Shown one piece after another: positions 45,690 through 57,503 of a stretch of 64,000 nucleotides of DNA. Within the stretch, counting starts at the first letter, position 1. Each line of letters opens with the position of its first letter. Source of the stretch: the human T2T-CHM13v2.0 reference genome, Homo sapiens; the NCBI RefSeq assembly GCF_009914755.1, contig NC_060929.1; one strand, written 5' to 3'. The notes under the pieces were generated by a model. The model saw only the letters and a program-made list of their open reading frames with translations. It did not search any database and was not told where the DNA came from. The position numbers and the translations under genes were made by a program.

Positions 45690-47200
45690 CCTTTCTTTAT
45701 ATTGTGGTAAAAACACATGACATCAAATTTACAATCACAACCATTTTTAAGCTCATAGTATTATGTATATTCTTATTGTTTTGAAGCAGATCTCCAAAAC
45801 ATTTTTATCTTACAAAACTGAAACTTTATACCCATTAAACAATTCTCCCTTTTTTTTCTCCCTCTAGCCCTTGGTAACCTGTTTCTATGAATTTGACTAC
45901 TTTTGATACCTTATATAAATAGAACTACACAGTATTTATTTTTGTGTGTATGTGTGTGACAGGTTGGTTTCACTTAGCCTAATATCTTCAAGGTACATCC
46001 ATGTTGTAACATGTGACAGTATTTTCTTCCTGTTTAAGATGAATAATATTCCATTGTATGTGCATAGAATACTTTGTTTAGTCAGTGGACATTTCAGTTG
46101 CTTCAGCCTCTTGACAATTGTGAACACTGCTGCTATGAACATGCATTTGCAAATATCTCTTTGAGACCCTGCTTCTAATTATTTTGGATATTTACTCAGG
46201 AGTGAGATTATTAGATAATGTGACAGTTCAAACTTTTCTGAGGAACTTCCATACTGTTTTCCATTTTAGTTGCACCATTTTACAATCCTATCAAAAGTGT
46301 GCATGGTTCCAAATTTTCCTTATCTTAGCCAATACTTATTTCTTGTTTTTTTTTTATGGTTTCATTTTTTTAATAGTAGTCATCCTCATGGGTGTAAGGT
46401 GATATCTCATTGTGGTTTTCATTTGTATTTCTCTGATTAGTGACATTGTGCATCTTTTCATATGCTTGTTGGCCATTGTGTATTATCTTGAGGAAATGTC
46501 TATTTAAATCCTTTATCCATGTTTTAATTGGGTTATCTAAATTTTTGTCGTTAAGCTGTAAGAATTTTTCATACATTCTGAACTTACCAATTATCCACAA
46601 TACAATTTGCAAATATTTTCTCCCATACCTTATGTTGCTTTTCCAGTCTGTTGATTATGTCCTTTCATGCACAAAAGTGTTGAAGTTTCATGTAGTCACA
46701 ATTGGCTATTTTTGTTTTTGTTGACTTTGCTTTTGGTGTCATATCCAAAAAAAAATGTTGCCAAGTTCGATATTCCTCTATACTTTCTTTAGAAGTTTTA
46801 TAGTTTCAAGTCTTAGATTTAATTCTTTAATCCAGTTTAATTTTTGTATGGTGTAAGATAAGGGTCCAACTTCATTCTTTTGCATATGAATAGGCAGTTT
46901 TATTAACACCAATTGTTGTCCTTTCCCCATTGAATGGTTTTGCACTTGTTGAAGGTCATTTGACCGTATATGCGAGGATTTATTTCTGGACGCTTTACTC
47001 TTTTCCATTGATCTGTTTGTCTATCTTTATGCCATGTACCACATTATTTTGATTACTAAAGCTTTACAGTACCTTTCAAAATTAGGAAGCGTGAGTCCAA
47101 CTTCGTTTTCCTCAAATTTTGGGGGCTATTCAGGGTCCCTTGGGATTCCATATGAATTTTCCTGTATCCCAAAAAAGTGCTGTTGAGATTTTGATAAGGA
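45690..47200 (-). mobile_element. L1MB-like 3' portion
   Basis: L1MB 3'UTR; ORF2 C-terminal peptides (MFIAAVFTIVKR..., HVTTWMYLEDI; WIKELNLRLETIKLL). Confidence 0.82.
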
Positions 47201-48104
47201 TTGTGAGGCCATATATTCACATACTCTTCTGAGGTTATTAAATACTTTCCTTCCATTTTTTTCTATATTGTATTGAAGATCTCGTAAACTGAGTTTTCAC
47301 AATCATGTTCACTCACTTGTTTACATTTCTTTGATAGGTTTCAGATTCTACAGTTTTTATTTCATTTTTCATCTTTAAGCAAAATGAGATCTAAATATGG
47401 TCTATGTTTGTCACTAGAAATGATGTGTGAGTGGACACTGACTTTGTTTTCCATTAATTTGCATAAAAGTCAACTTATGTGTTAAGATCTATAGCTGAAA
47501 TACATTTGGATAAACTTATAAGTCAGAATGCAGTTTACAGGAGTTATTCATCTAGACCATATCTTCTCAAGTCACACTTTCCTCTTCAACTACATTTTGT
47601 AATACTATGAAGTACACACAAAGCCACAACTTCAAACATGCTGCCATCTGTAGACTTTAACTGACAGTATACAGTTACCACTGAGGCATCCACCAGCTTG
47701 AGAGGGAGGGCTATGTCTTGGAGGAAGTAAAAACAAGCTGTCTAAGGAGAAAGGTGACAAAGAATTGTTCTGATTATTTTGAATACCAAGTCTCTGAGTC
47801 AGAAGTGAATTTCTTTTTTATCACATGGTCTGTGCTTTGGTTCAATGACTGGCAATCTTTAAGACGCGACGTCTAATTTTTTTCTTATTTCTATTGTATT
47901 AGCATTAACATTAGCACATATTTCTTACACTGCTTGACATTTTACATTTTGCACACTTTTGTGATTTGTAGTCTAGCTTTGTAGCTCTATGAGCATTTTA
48001 ACTAAGAAAACCTGGAACTTAATCAGGGGACAGTTGCAAACTTCCATTTAAAGTGGTAGTTTTTAAACATATATTTCATAAGAATATTTAAAAATAAATA
48101 ACAA

Positions 48105-48110
<6 letters not shown>

Positions 48111-48137
<27 letters not shown>

Positions 48138-48301
48138 TTTTTTTTTTTTTTGGAGACAGAGTCTCGCTCTGTCGCCCAGGCTGGAGTGCAGTGGCGCGTT
48201 TCGGCTCACTGCAAGCTCCTCCTCCTGGGTTCACGCCATTCTCCCGCCTCAGCCTCCTGAGTAGCTGGGATTACAGGCGCCTGCCACCACGCCCAGCTAT
48301 T
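48111..48301 (-). mobile_element. 5'-truncated AluY-like element (right monomer only) with (TTA)n tail
   Basis: gcaagctcc/ttcacgccattctc diagnostics; 16-bp TSD taaataacaaattatt at 48095-48110 and 48302-48317. Confidence 0.92.
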
Positions 48302-51300
48302 TAAATAACAAATTATTTCTTTAGAGATTCGTCTATATTCTGACACAGAATGACCCAACAACTCTTATTATCAGGAAGTCCATGTTCTATTTCTTTCAAA
48401 GATACATTTTAAGGAGATTTTTCTTGACTTAATTTGAAAATATTATATCCAATTGAATTTTTATGTTCTTTTGAAGATTGAAATCTGTATGATTCAACTA
48501 ATTCCAGATCTGGATCTAGATTGGTACATAAATTCTATTTTTAGGAAAATGTCATTTTTTTTTTATCTCCATATGGCAAACATCTTTCCAGATTCATTAT
48601 GTTTCTGATTCTGCCTACATGCACTCTGGCATAGCTAATTTTCTCCTTAAAAAATCCCTACAAGTTGCTCTTCAATCCCATCAAGTTTCTCTTTATTACA
48701 TCAGTACTAAAACAAGTTCAGCGTGATCTGGTACGGTTCTCAGCAAAATAGGTCTCTAGGCCTTGGGGCCCGCTTTGTTGAACTACACCTATATGAACAT
48801 ACTATGGTCATGTTATTCAGTATCTAGTGATCTGGTCCACAATCACTTTATCAATGCTATTAAAAAATGCTGGCTACTCAAATAGTTTATAATTGTAATA
48901 GGTTTAGTCTTGTCTCCTATATCTTCATACCTTGTCTTTTTATTCTACCTCTATGTAAAACGATTAAACTTAATTTTAATAGGTCCACTTTCAGACTGTC
49001 TTACACAAAATTGTCTGTTCATGAAGGCATGTAAAGACAGAAATATTATGTCCCCAATACAGGTAATTACATTTCTCCAAATTCCCTCACATTTATTACA
49101 TTCTTTATCTAAAATAATATGTAAATTGTTGAGAAACTAACCAAGGAAAAAACATAACTCTTTTCTAGAATCTTTGCCTGTAGTTTTTATTTATAGATGC
49201 TTCTCAATTTAATAAAGTTTCATTAAAACTATTTTAATACGCTAAAGAGTTTCACAACAGTTTTGATGGTTCTACACAACTTTAAATCCATGTAGTATAT
49301 GATAGAAATATAAAATGAGTGTACTATGACTTCAATGAGCTTATAATTTAATCAAAACAGAAAATAAATTTATTAAAATATGAGGAAAATATATATTGAA
49401 AGAAGGGTATTGGAACAGATAAGAGTACAAGCTAATTATTTGTATATTTTTGTTTTAAAATCCAAATTAGTCATTAATAACATTGACTACAGGTAAGCAA
49501 TTACAGATGAAGATGCTATCCTTGTATCTATTAATCCACAAATTTCCATTGCCATTTAAAATAATTTAACTATTACGTGGTCCTATGTATTACTGTGACT
49601 AAATTAACCTATAGTAAAGTTCTCTTGAAACATCAGGGTTAAATGATGTGTTCAAAAATACATCTTTACTGTTATAATTTTTATTCATTATTATAAAAGA
49701 CATCTATATTTTAGCCCAAAATTAATATGTAGAATTTAATGATAGCACCAGTATGAAGAAATAAAATAAGGTTATAAGGTTAGTGAATTTAATCACATGT
49801 TTTGATTTAGTAGTTTAGGGGATGGCTTTGAAATCCACATTTTAGTAAGCATCTCAGGGACTTCCAATGTAGATAGTTAAAATCTTTACTTTTTCAAGTT
49901 CTGATTCGGTAATTGACAAAAATAAAATTTTAACAACAGGTGTAGATGTTCGACCATTTGCCTGATTAGTGTTCAGCATTTCCACACTACTGCTCAGTAC
50001 TGGATCTGGATATTTTTGTGGCACCTCCATACAACATTTCTAGAATGAAGTCATGGCTCTTTTAAACCTTCTTCTTTGCCTCTAATTCTTGTGTCTTTTA
50101 TTAACACTTTTGTACTCACTATCCTCTTTTCTTTTTCTGCAGTCCTACTGGCATCACTTTATTTCAAGTGTACTTAAACTGCCTCTTCCCTGAACTATTG
50201 CATTAAACTTCAATAGACTTCTCGCCTCTTGTTCCATTTGGATGACAAAATGCTGCCAGATTAATATTCCCAAAGCCATAAAAATTGTTACATTTTACAT
50301 AAAATCTTTTTAAATGGCTTCATTATATACCAAATGAAATTAACTTAATTTTAATATAAGCCCCAGGATTATGTGTCCTCAAGACGACTTTTCCCATCTT
50401 GTCTGACCTAATTTTTTTTGCTACATAATCTCTGCTTTATTTTGCTTCCAACTACAAGCCAATTAAATTGTTCACCGTACACTACTTGAGTTACTCCACT
50501 TGTCTATTTTATGTTTATGAAAGCCTGAGGTCAAATCATTTTCTAATTTACACAGCTGGAAGGAAATCTTCTTCTAAAACCACATAATAACATTTGTTCT
50601 TGTACCATTAACCTTATATTTAATATTGTGTTATACAATGACTTGCATATGAGCATAATTTTCATTTCTAGAGTTTACATTCTAAGAGTGTGGAGTCTAT
50701 TTCAACCTTATACACCATCAGAACCTATTCAAAGCTCTCTACAGATTAGCCATTAAGATTTATCAACAAAAAACCTTTTCCTAGTTCAGCTTTTACTTCT
50801 TTTGAATCAGTGCCCATAGCTAGTACATATTATTTTACAACAACAGAAAGTATAGAAATGCATTCATTGAATTTAATATTTAATAGACACTTGTATAGAA
50901 CTTACTTTTGCTAGACACACTTTGAATTATTAAGGATACTGCATATATTCCATGGGGAATTGTTAATGTTATTTTCATAAATATATATAGTTGAAACAAG
51001 AAAATACAAAACAAATTATGTTACCAATTTATTTTGCCTATTTGAAGCTTTAATTTAAAAAATATAGTTTATATAACTCAGCATAACCTTTAAATATCAC
51101 CACTAATTTTCACTGATTATATGAAAATCTTTTAGGGTAGTATAGAAGTGTTAAATGATATAAGTAAAATTATTAGGTATAATTGACCAAGAAACATTCT
51201 AGAAACAATTTAGATTGTATCCATAAATTGAGGTACATGTGATAAAATCTTGAATTTATTTTATAATCAACTGAATAGATCTTATTTATGTCATTTTTAA

Positions 51301-52583
51301 ACTATCATTACAATATTTTAAATGTAAGATGACCACGTCACGATATATTTTATTAAAAGCAATATTTACTATGTTAGTGTAATATAGTAAAGACCATAAT
51401 AAAAAATGAGATTCATATGTAAAACAGAAGTCTTCTATGATAACAATTATAGATAACAAGTGGGAATTTAAATCTACTGTAGAAAGTAACATTTAAACTA
51501 ATAATTTACAATTAAAAGTGAGCATATTATAGATGATTTTAGAGATGAACTACTGGGATTTATGTATGCCCTTCAAGTAGGTACATTAGCATTTTGTATT
51601 CAGTAAGAAATAATTATATAATATCGTGTGTACTGCTAACTAATTCAAAATCACTATAAGTATAAATTTTTCATTTAGAAATTCCCTTTAGTATAAGAAT
51701 ATATGACGAGAGTATTTACAAATCTTATAATTTGTGACATTTGATTTGCAAATAGATTCCCAGTTTGAACTAAAATTAGGCTGCTTTATCTATGGAGGAT
51801 TATCATTGTGAATTATTTTTCTATTTGTTCTACAAATACTCTTTCTTTTTAAATATGTTTTTGATGTTTACACAGAATTCACCTAGATATAAATTAGAAG
51901 AGAAAAGAAGTTATGGCTACAAATTTCAAACCAAGTACTCCAAGAATCAGATATTAGGAAACATAGATGGCTAACAATTTGGATGAGGTGGGGAAACAAT
52001 AAGGAAATGTGCAAAATATTAAAATAATTTGTCTTTTGGAATTATTTTGTTATAGAATTTGTTTTAAAAATAATTTTCTTCACTTATTGTAAATTTGACT
52101 TTATTATATTTTAATAAGCTATTCAACACTTATGTATAAATATCACATAAGTAATTGATATTATATACTAGTTTGGGGTTTCCTTTTTTTAAAAAAAATT
52201 CAATGTCCTATTAAAAATATGTACATATATTGAATCTGTAAATTACTTTGGGCAGTATCACCATTTTCATGATATTGATTCTCCTATCTATGAGCATGGA
52301 ATGTTTTTCCTTTTGTTTGTGTCCTCTCTTATTTTGTTGAGCAGAGGTTTGTAGTTCTCCTTGAAGGGGTCCTTCACATCCCTTGTGAGTTGGATTCCTA
52401 GGTATTTTATTCTTTTTGTAGCAATTGTGAATGGGAGTTCACTCATAATTTGGCTATTTGTCTATTACTTGTGTGTATTCCAGGAATGCTTGTGGGTTTT
52501 GTATATTTATTTTTTATCCTTAGACTTTGCTGAAGTTGCTCATCAGCTTAAGGAGATTTTGGCCTGAGACAATGGGGTTTTCT

Positions 52584-53169
52584 TATTGGGGTGATCAGAC
52601 CCAACACCAGGTCATGGGGGTGACAAAGTCTGTCGGAGTCAAAGGATTGAGAAAAAGACAGTTTGAGAATTAAAGTGGGCACCAGGGGGCCATCGTGTCT
52701 GTGGAGGCTGCAAAGGCCCTGAGCTCTGGGAGCCCACGTTATTTATTGGTAATCCAACAGAGAAACAGGTGGTGAGAACGTGGAGGTCGAACGGGTGCAT
52801 TGCATTAAGCACATGATTTACAGCTGTGATGGTTTCACACTTGCTCTGCTACTTGATAATGGAGAGCAGGTTCTTTTAACTCAACATACAATGGATCCTG
52901 GGAGAGCAAGAAGCAAGGAGCCACCAAGTCTACACACATTCCAGAGCCACAAGCCCCGGATTCTGTCCAAGCCACAATGGATTTTATGCCCTGGGCTTAG
53001 ATGATGGTGCATCAGGGTAGCCTTCCACCCCTTAGCACAGAGCTTGGTGTTCCAAAGGCCACAAGGGGTTTCAGACCCTGGGCCCCGGACATGTTCCAAG
53101 AGTCTTTTACATTATGTCAGACATGCAAGCCCTGCCTCAGCTTCTCCCAACACTCAGATTTTCCCAACA
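52584..53169 (-). repeat. 3' LTR (LTR14-type)
   Basis: Direct repeat of 56303-56891; minus-strand AATAAA at 52742-52747; adjacent to the PPT. Confidence 0.93.
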
Positions 53170-53189
53170 TGCCCCCCTTCTCTTTTTTT
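53170..53189 (-). promoter_or_regulatory. Polypurine tract
   Basis: Minus strand reads AAAAAAAGAGAAGGGGGGCA immediately before the 3' LTR. Confidence 0.9.
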
Positions 53190-53894
53190 GTAAAAGAGAA
53201 GGTATCGTTATTACTAGCATAAAAGGTAACCTCTTTTAATTGAGCAAGGCAATTGCAGGCTGTGCAGCCCTTAATTGCCGGTTGGTGATCCAGCTTCATT
53301 TTTCTTAGCCCTTATTCAAACTGGAGTCACTCTGGTTTGAGTGCTTTCCACATATCTCCCCTTTCCCTTTTACAAGAGGACCCCTAATCCTAGGGGTTGC
53401 AGAAGGATGAAGGTCCGTCTTCTGTAACTTCTTCATGCTGAATAGGGGTGATGATAGTCCTGCCTAACTATTAGGGTCTCTTATATTCAGGGTAGAGAGG
53501 AGCTGAGTCAGAAAGCATTGGTCCATTAAGCATCGTGACTCTGGTTGGTCTTTGTTCCATCTTCGCATTCAGATTCAACTGGCTTATGGCTCATACTGGG
53601 GGAACCCGGTCCATGGTTGGGATCCATGGGTCCCTCCAGTCTCCTGTTCCGTGGTCATACACATCTTGAGGGCATCCTCACGGTTCATTCATCTCCTGCA
53701 AAAATACAAGCATTCCCTCACCCATACATTAGTAAATCTACTGAAACAGAAGCAAAAACTTGTGGCTGTAGCTGGGAGGCTACTGATAATGAGAAACAGG
53801 CCCCTTCTAAGAGAAGGCACAAGGAAAGCAAATCGAGGCTTTTCAAACCTTCAATTCGCACTGTACAGGTGGGTCCACTAGATGCTGTGGCTCC

Positions 53895-54143
53895 TGATAG
53901 ATCTTCGGATGTTTGGTGGGCACCCACATAGGCAGCTGATTGTCACCTGGAGAGACATACACAAATCCTCTTCCTCATATAATTATCTTTCCTTTTTCCC
54001 AGCTCTTTTTATGTGACCACATCTTTTTCTAAGGCCTGTGGCATTAAGATGAGTTTAATAATGGAATGTTTGTGCATCAGCAAAAGCTGCAGACACCAAT
54101 GCATCCACCCTTTGATTAAGTTTAGTTAAAGGACCCACAGGTT
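53895..54143 (-). pseudogene. pol: pol remnants: RNase H end/integrase N-terminus joined to integrase C-terminus (core deleted)
   Basis: Manual translation gives GPLTKLNQRVDALVSAAFADAQTFH..TH, then [30 protein letters not shown], similar to betaretroviral IN. Confidence 0.75.
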
Positions 54144-54326
54144 CTGTTGGAGAGAAAAGAAAGAGCATTTTTATCCTTATCTCCCTCCTCTCTATTCCTT
54201 TTATATTTGCCCTTTGAGCCATAACTAATTTCTATAATTCAGAATGTTCTTGTCTGTCCCTGCAAATCTCTGTTAGTCTTTGCTTTTGTACCTCTTTAGG
54301 GCACTGACCTTATATTGCTAGTCTTC

Positions 54327-54481
54327 ATCTCTCTACTTCTCTCTCTCTACTTACCTCTCTCTACTTACCTCTCTCTCTCTACTTATCTCTCTCTCTACTT
54401 ACCTCTATCTCTGTTTATACTTAGCTCTACTTACTTGTCTCTACTTACTTACTTGTCTCTACTTTACTTACTTATCTCTAC
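54327..54481. repeat. Degenerate minisatellite, unit about CTCTACTTAC(C/T)(TCT)n, 12-19 bp
   Basis: About 9 recurrences of ctctac(tt). Confidence 0.88.
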
Positions 54482-54967
54482 ATCTTTCCTGGAAACCTTT
54501 TTAATGACCTTGGGTAGAGCTCAGAAATCCACCCTTTAAGCTTCAGCAAGAGACAAAACAGGGACCTCGGACCCGGCACCAGATTGAAGGGAACAGGAAG
54601 TGCTCTCCCCTCCCCAAAGCAGGAAAATGAGAGTTTGGCCCTTGCAAATTTCCACTCCACATCAGCGTCATCCTCAATTTCCTGGAATAAACTGTTGATC
54701 ATGGCAATTTTAGCAAAACAATGACCATTGTAACATTATGGACTCCATAAAGAACATAACCAATGTTTTCAATTAATTTGTGGTTATAGTTGATGACCAC
54801 TGATTTCACTTCAGAAAGTCCAAAGATAGCCCAGAACAGTGTCTTAAAACTCTGTTGTGAAGGCTTCATTTTGTTTTTCACCAATGTAGTAGGATTAGAG
54901 GTTGAATATTCCCATCATAAAAGCCACAAACGCCACAATGAACACATTCAGCCCATATCATGCCTAT
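54470..54967 (-). pseudogene. TRPC6: Processed TRPC6 pseudogene fragment (S2 remnant + S5-pore-S6-TRP box) transduced by the provirus
   Basis: Peptides IGMIWAEC / [29 protein letters not shown] / [47 protein letters not shown] / [25 protein letters not shown] / [21 protein letters not shown] match TRPC6. Contains the LFW pore motif and EWKFAR TRP box, one stop and several frameshifts. Confidence 0.95.
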
Positions 54968-55121
54968 GTGCTCATTAAATCTGCAGAGGCAGGTTAACCA
55001 TGAAACCGAAGCTTCAAGATGACTTTACTTGCACTATGCAAAGCAACCCATGATTTATTTTTTCCGGGGACTACTGCCAACCAGGCCTGTGTGTCCATCT
55101 GTAAGCATCCAACAGCAGGTC

Positions 55122-55510
55122 TACTGTACAAATAGGTCTTTTGTACAGACACTTGATTAACCCAATATATAGCCTTTCCTGTTGGATTAGTACTACCAAA
55201 GCCTCCTGTTCTTTTCACTGTGCTGCTTCCCAGCTTTATGTCAACAACTGAGCAATTCTTTCTTCTAGGGAAGCAGACCATGGAGTTGAGCAACTAATAA
55301 CTAATTGAATTTCTCTGGTATAAAAAGAACCAATCATTCCCATATGCACAGTGACACCTCTAGATCTTTCAAGTAATAGACCTACTGTTCCTGAAGGAAA
55401 TGGTCCCCCAACTCCCCTGGGGACCATCTCGGGTGGCTCCCCCAGAAGCAGGGAAATGGGAACTGCACTGCAAAGGTCCACGGCAGCACTGCTTACCACA
55501 GCGGGAGACA
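55122..55510 (-). pseudogene. pro: pro remnant: dUTPase domain and start of protease (truncated before the catalytic DTG)
   Basis: SSAAVDLCS...GTVGLLLERS...YTREIQLVIS; KRTGGFGSTN (dUTPase motif V); AIYWVNQVS..RPICTV. Confidence 0.88.
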
Positions 55511-55599
55511 ATTGTTGCTGTTTGTAAGGGCACTGGCTGTGCCGGATATGCCTCAATTTATTGAGGTGCTGTCTGAATAAACAAGCCTCAGATTCCACT

Positions 55600-56155
55600 G
55601 GGTCTTAGTACTACCAATTGCTCCGGGTTTTAATGTTGCAGCTATAGGAGGGGTAAGTTATGTAGCTAATTCATTTTCTCACCCATTAAGGGGAGAGAGA
55701 GGAGGTGGCCATTCACTTAATTCAGCAGGTGGAGCCAACAGGCTAGTAAAACACACTATTTTTAGTTTCCCTTTCTTTTCTTTAACTTCCTCCAGTTTCT
55801 ATTCCTCACATTCAGAATCTGAAGTTAGTTTTTTACACTCGTCCACCTCTTCCTCATCTGAATCTGTCTCATCATCTGTTTGAAATGGCTCAAGAGCTGC
55901 TTTTATTAGCTCCCACATTGACCAAACTGAGACTGGAATTTTTGCTCCATCTTTATACGCTTTTTAAAAATCTCTGCCAATTCTCTCCCATTCATCCAAC
56001 TCCATAGTCTCTTGTTCTGGGAACCATGGGCAAAACTGCTTTACTGCGCTAAAGAGTGATAACAAATTCTGAGTACCAACTTTCACTCCCCATCTTTGTA
56101 ATAAATGCCTTAAGAAATTTAAACAAGCAGAATGTCTGCTTTCACTTTGTCCCAT
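55600..56155 (-). pseudogene. gag: gag remnant: matrix and acidic pp region (capsid deleted)
   Basis: MGQSESRHSACLNFLRHLLQRWGVKV...FCPWFPEQETMELDEWERIG, a myristoylated betaretroviral MA; stop at 55964. Confidence 0.88.
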
Positions 56156-56279
56156 TGTTACCCTGGTTCTTCTGAGCGCTCAGCTTTCCCGCCGAGCTTC
56201 TTTTAGACATTCGGGTGTCCTTTGACGATGCATCCTTCACTTTCACGTGCTCTTGCATTCCTTCACCGAGGTCTTTGTC

Positions 56280-56298
56280 GCCCCACATTGAGCAGCCA
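56280..56298 (-). promoter_or_regulatory. Primer binding site, tRNA-Lys(CUU)-like, degenerate
   Basis: TGGCTGCTCAATGTGGGGC versus canonical TGGCGCCCAACGTGGGGC, 4 nt inside the 5' LTR. Confidence 0.85.
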
Positions 56299-56302
56299 GG
56301 AA

Positions 56303-56891
56303 TGTTGGTGTGATCAGACCCAACACCAGGTCGTGTGGGTGACAAAGTCCGGTGGAGTCAAAGGATTGAGAAAAAGACAGTTTGAGAGAGAAATGTGGGC
56401 ATCAGGGGGCCATTGCGATTGTGGAGGCTGTGAAGGCCCTGAGCTCTGGGAGTCCACGTTATTTATTGGTAATTCAACAAAGAAACATATGGTGAGAATG
56501 TGGAGGTCCAATGGGTGCATTGTATTAAGCACATGATTTACAGCTGTGATGGTTTAGCATTTGCTCTGCTACTTGAGATAATGGAGAGCAGGTTCTTTTA
56601 ACTCAAGACACAATGGATCCTGGGAGAGCAAGGAGCAAGGAGCCAGCAAGTCTAGACACATTCCAGAGCCACAAATCCTGGATTCTATCCAAGCCATGAG
56701 GGATTTTATGCCCTGGGCTTAGACTATGGTGCATCAGGGTAGCCTTCCACCCTTTAGCACAGAGCTTGGTGTTCCAAAGGCCACAAGGGGTTTTAGACCT
56801 TGGACCTCGAACATGTTCCAAGACTCTTTTACACTATGTCAGACATGCAAGCCCTGCCTCAGCTTCTCCCAACACTCAGCTTTCCCCAACA
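56303..56891 (-). repeat. 5' LTR (LTR14-type)
   Basis: TGTTGG...CCAACA termini; adjacent to the PBS and gag. Confidence 0.94.
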
Positions 56892-57353
56892 TTTTCTAAA
56901 TATACAATCATGTTATCTACAAAGAGAGACAATTTGACTTCCTCTCTTCCTATGTGAATACTCTGTATTTCTTTCTCTTGCCTGATTTCCCTGGACAGAA
57001 CTTCCAATACTATGTTGAATAGGATTGGTGAGAGATGGCATTCTTGTGTTGTGCCAGTTTTCAAAGGGAATGCTTCCAGCTTTTGCCCATTCAGTATGAT
57101 ATTGGCTGTGGGTTTGTCATAAATAGCTCTCATCAATACCGAGTTTATTGAGAGTTTTCAGCATAAAGCGGTGTTGAATTTTATCAAAGGCCTTTACTGC
57201 ATCTATTGAAATAATCATGTGGTTTTTGTCATTTGTTCTGTTTATGTGATGGATTAAGTTTATTGATTTGCATATGTTGAACCAGCCTTGCAACCCATGG
57301 ATGAAGCCGACTTGATCGTGGTGAATAAGCTTTTTAATGTGCTGCTGGATTCA

Positions 57354-57503
<150 letters not shown>

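Larger units (their letters stand above)
52584..56891 (-). mobile_element. Internally deleted, env-less HERV-K14I/HML-1-type provirus (4308 bp) carrying host TRPC6 sequence
   Basis: Two ~590-bp direct-repeat LTRs; 6-bp TSD TTTTCT at 52578-52583 and 56892-56897; Lys PBS, PPT, betaretroviral gag MA, dUTPase and integrase remnants. Family name is from recall. Confidence 0.93.

Noticed and set aside
53545-53931. 128-aa and 109-aa plus-strand ORFs as env or accessory genes
   Set aside because: Antisense to the provirus with no Env hallmarks (signal peptide, furin site, TM).
54470-54967. Functional TRPC6 gene or exons
   Set aside because: Intron-less, partial, with a stop and frameshifts, and enclosed in a provirus.
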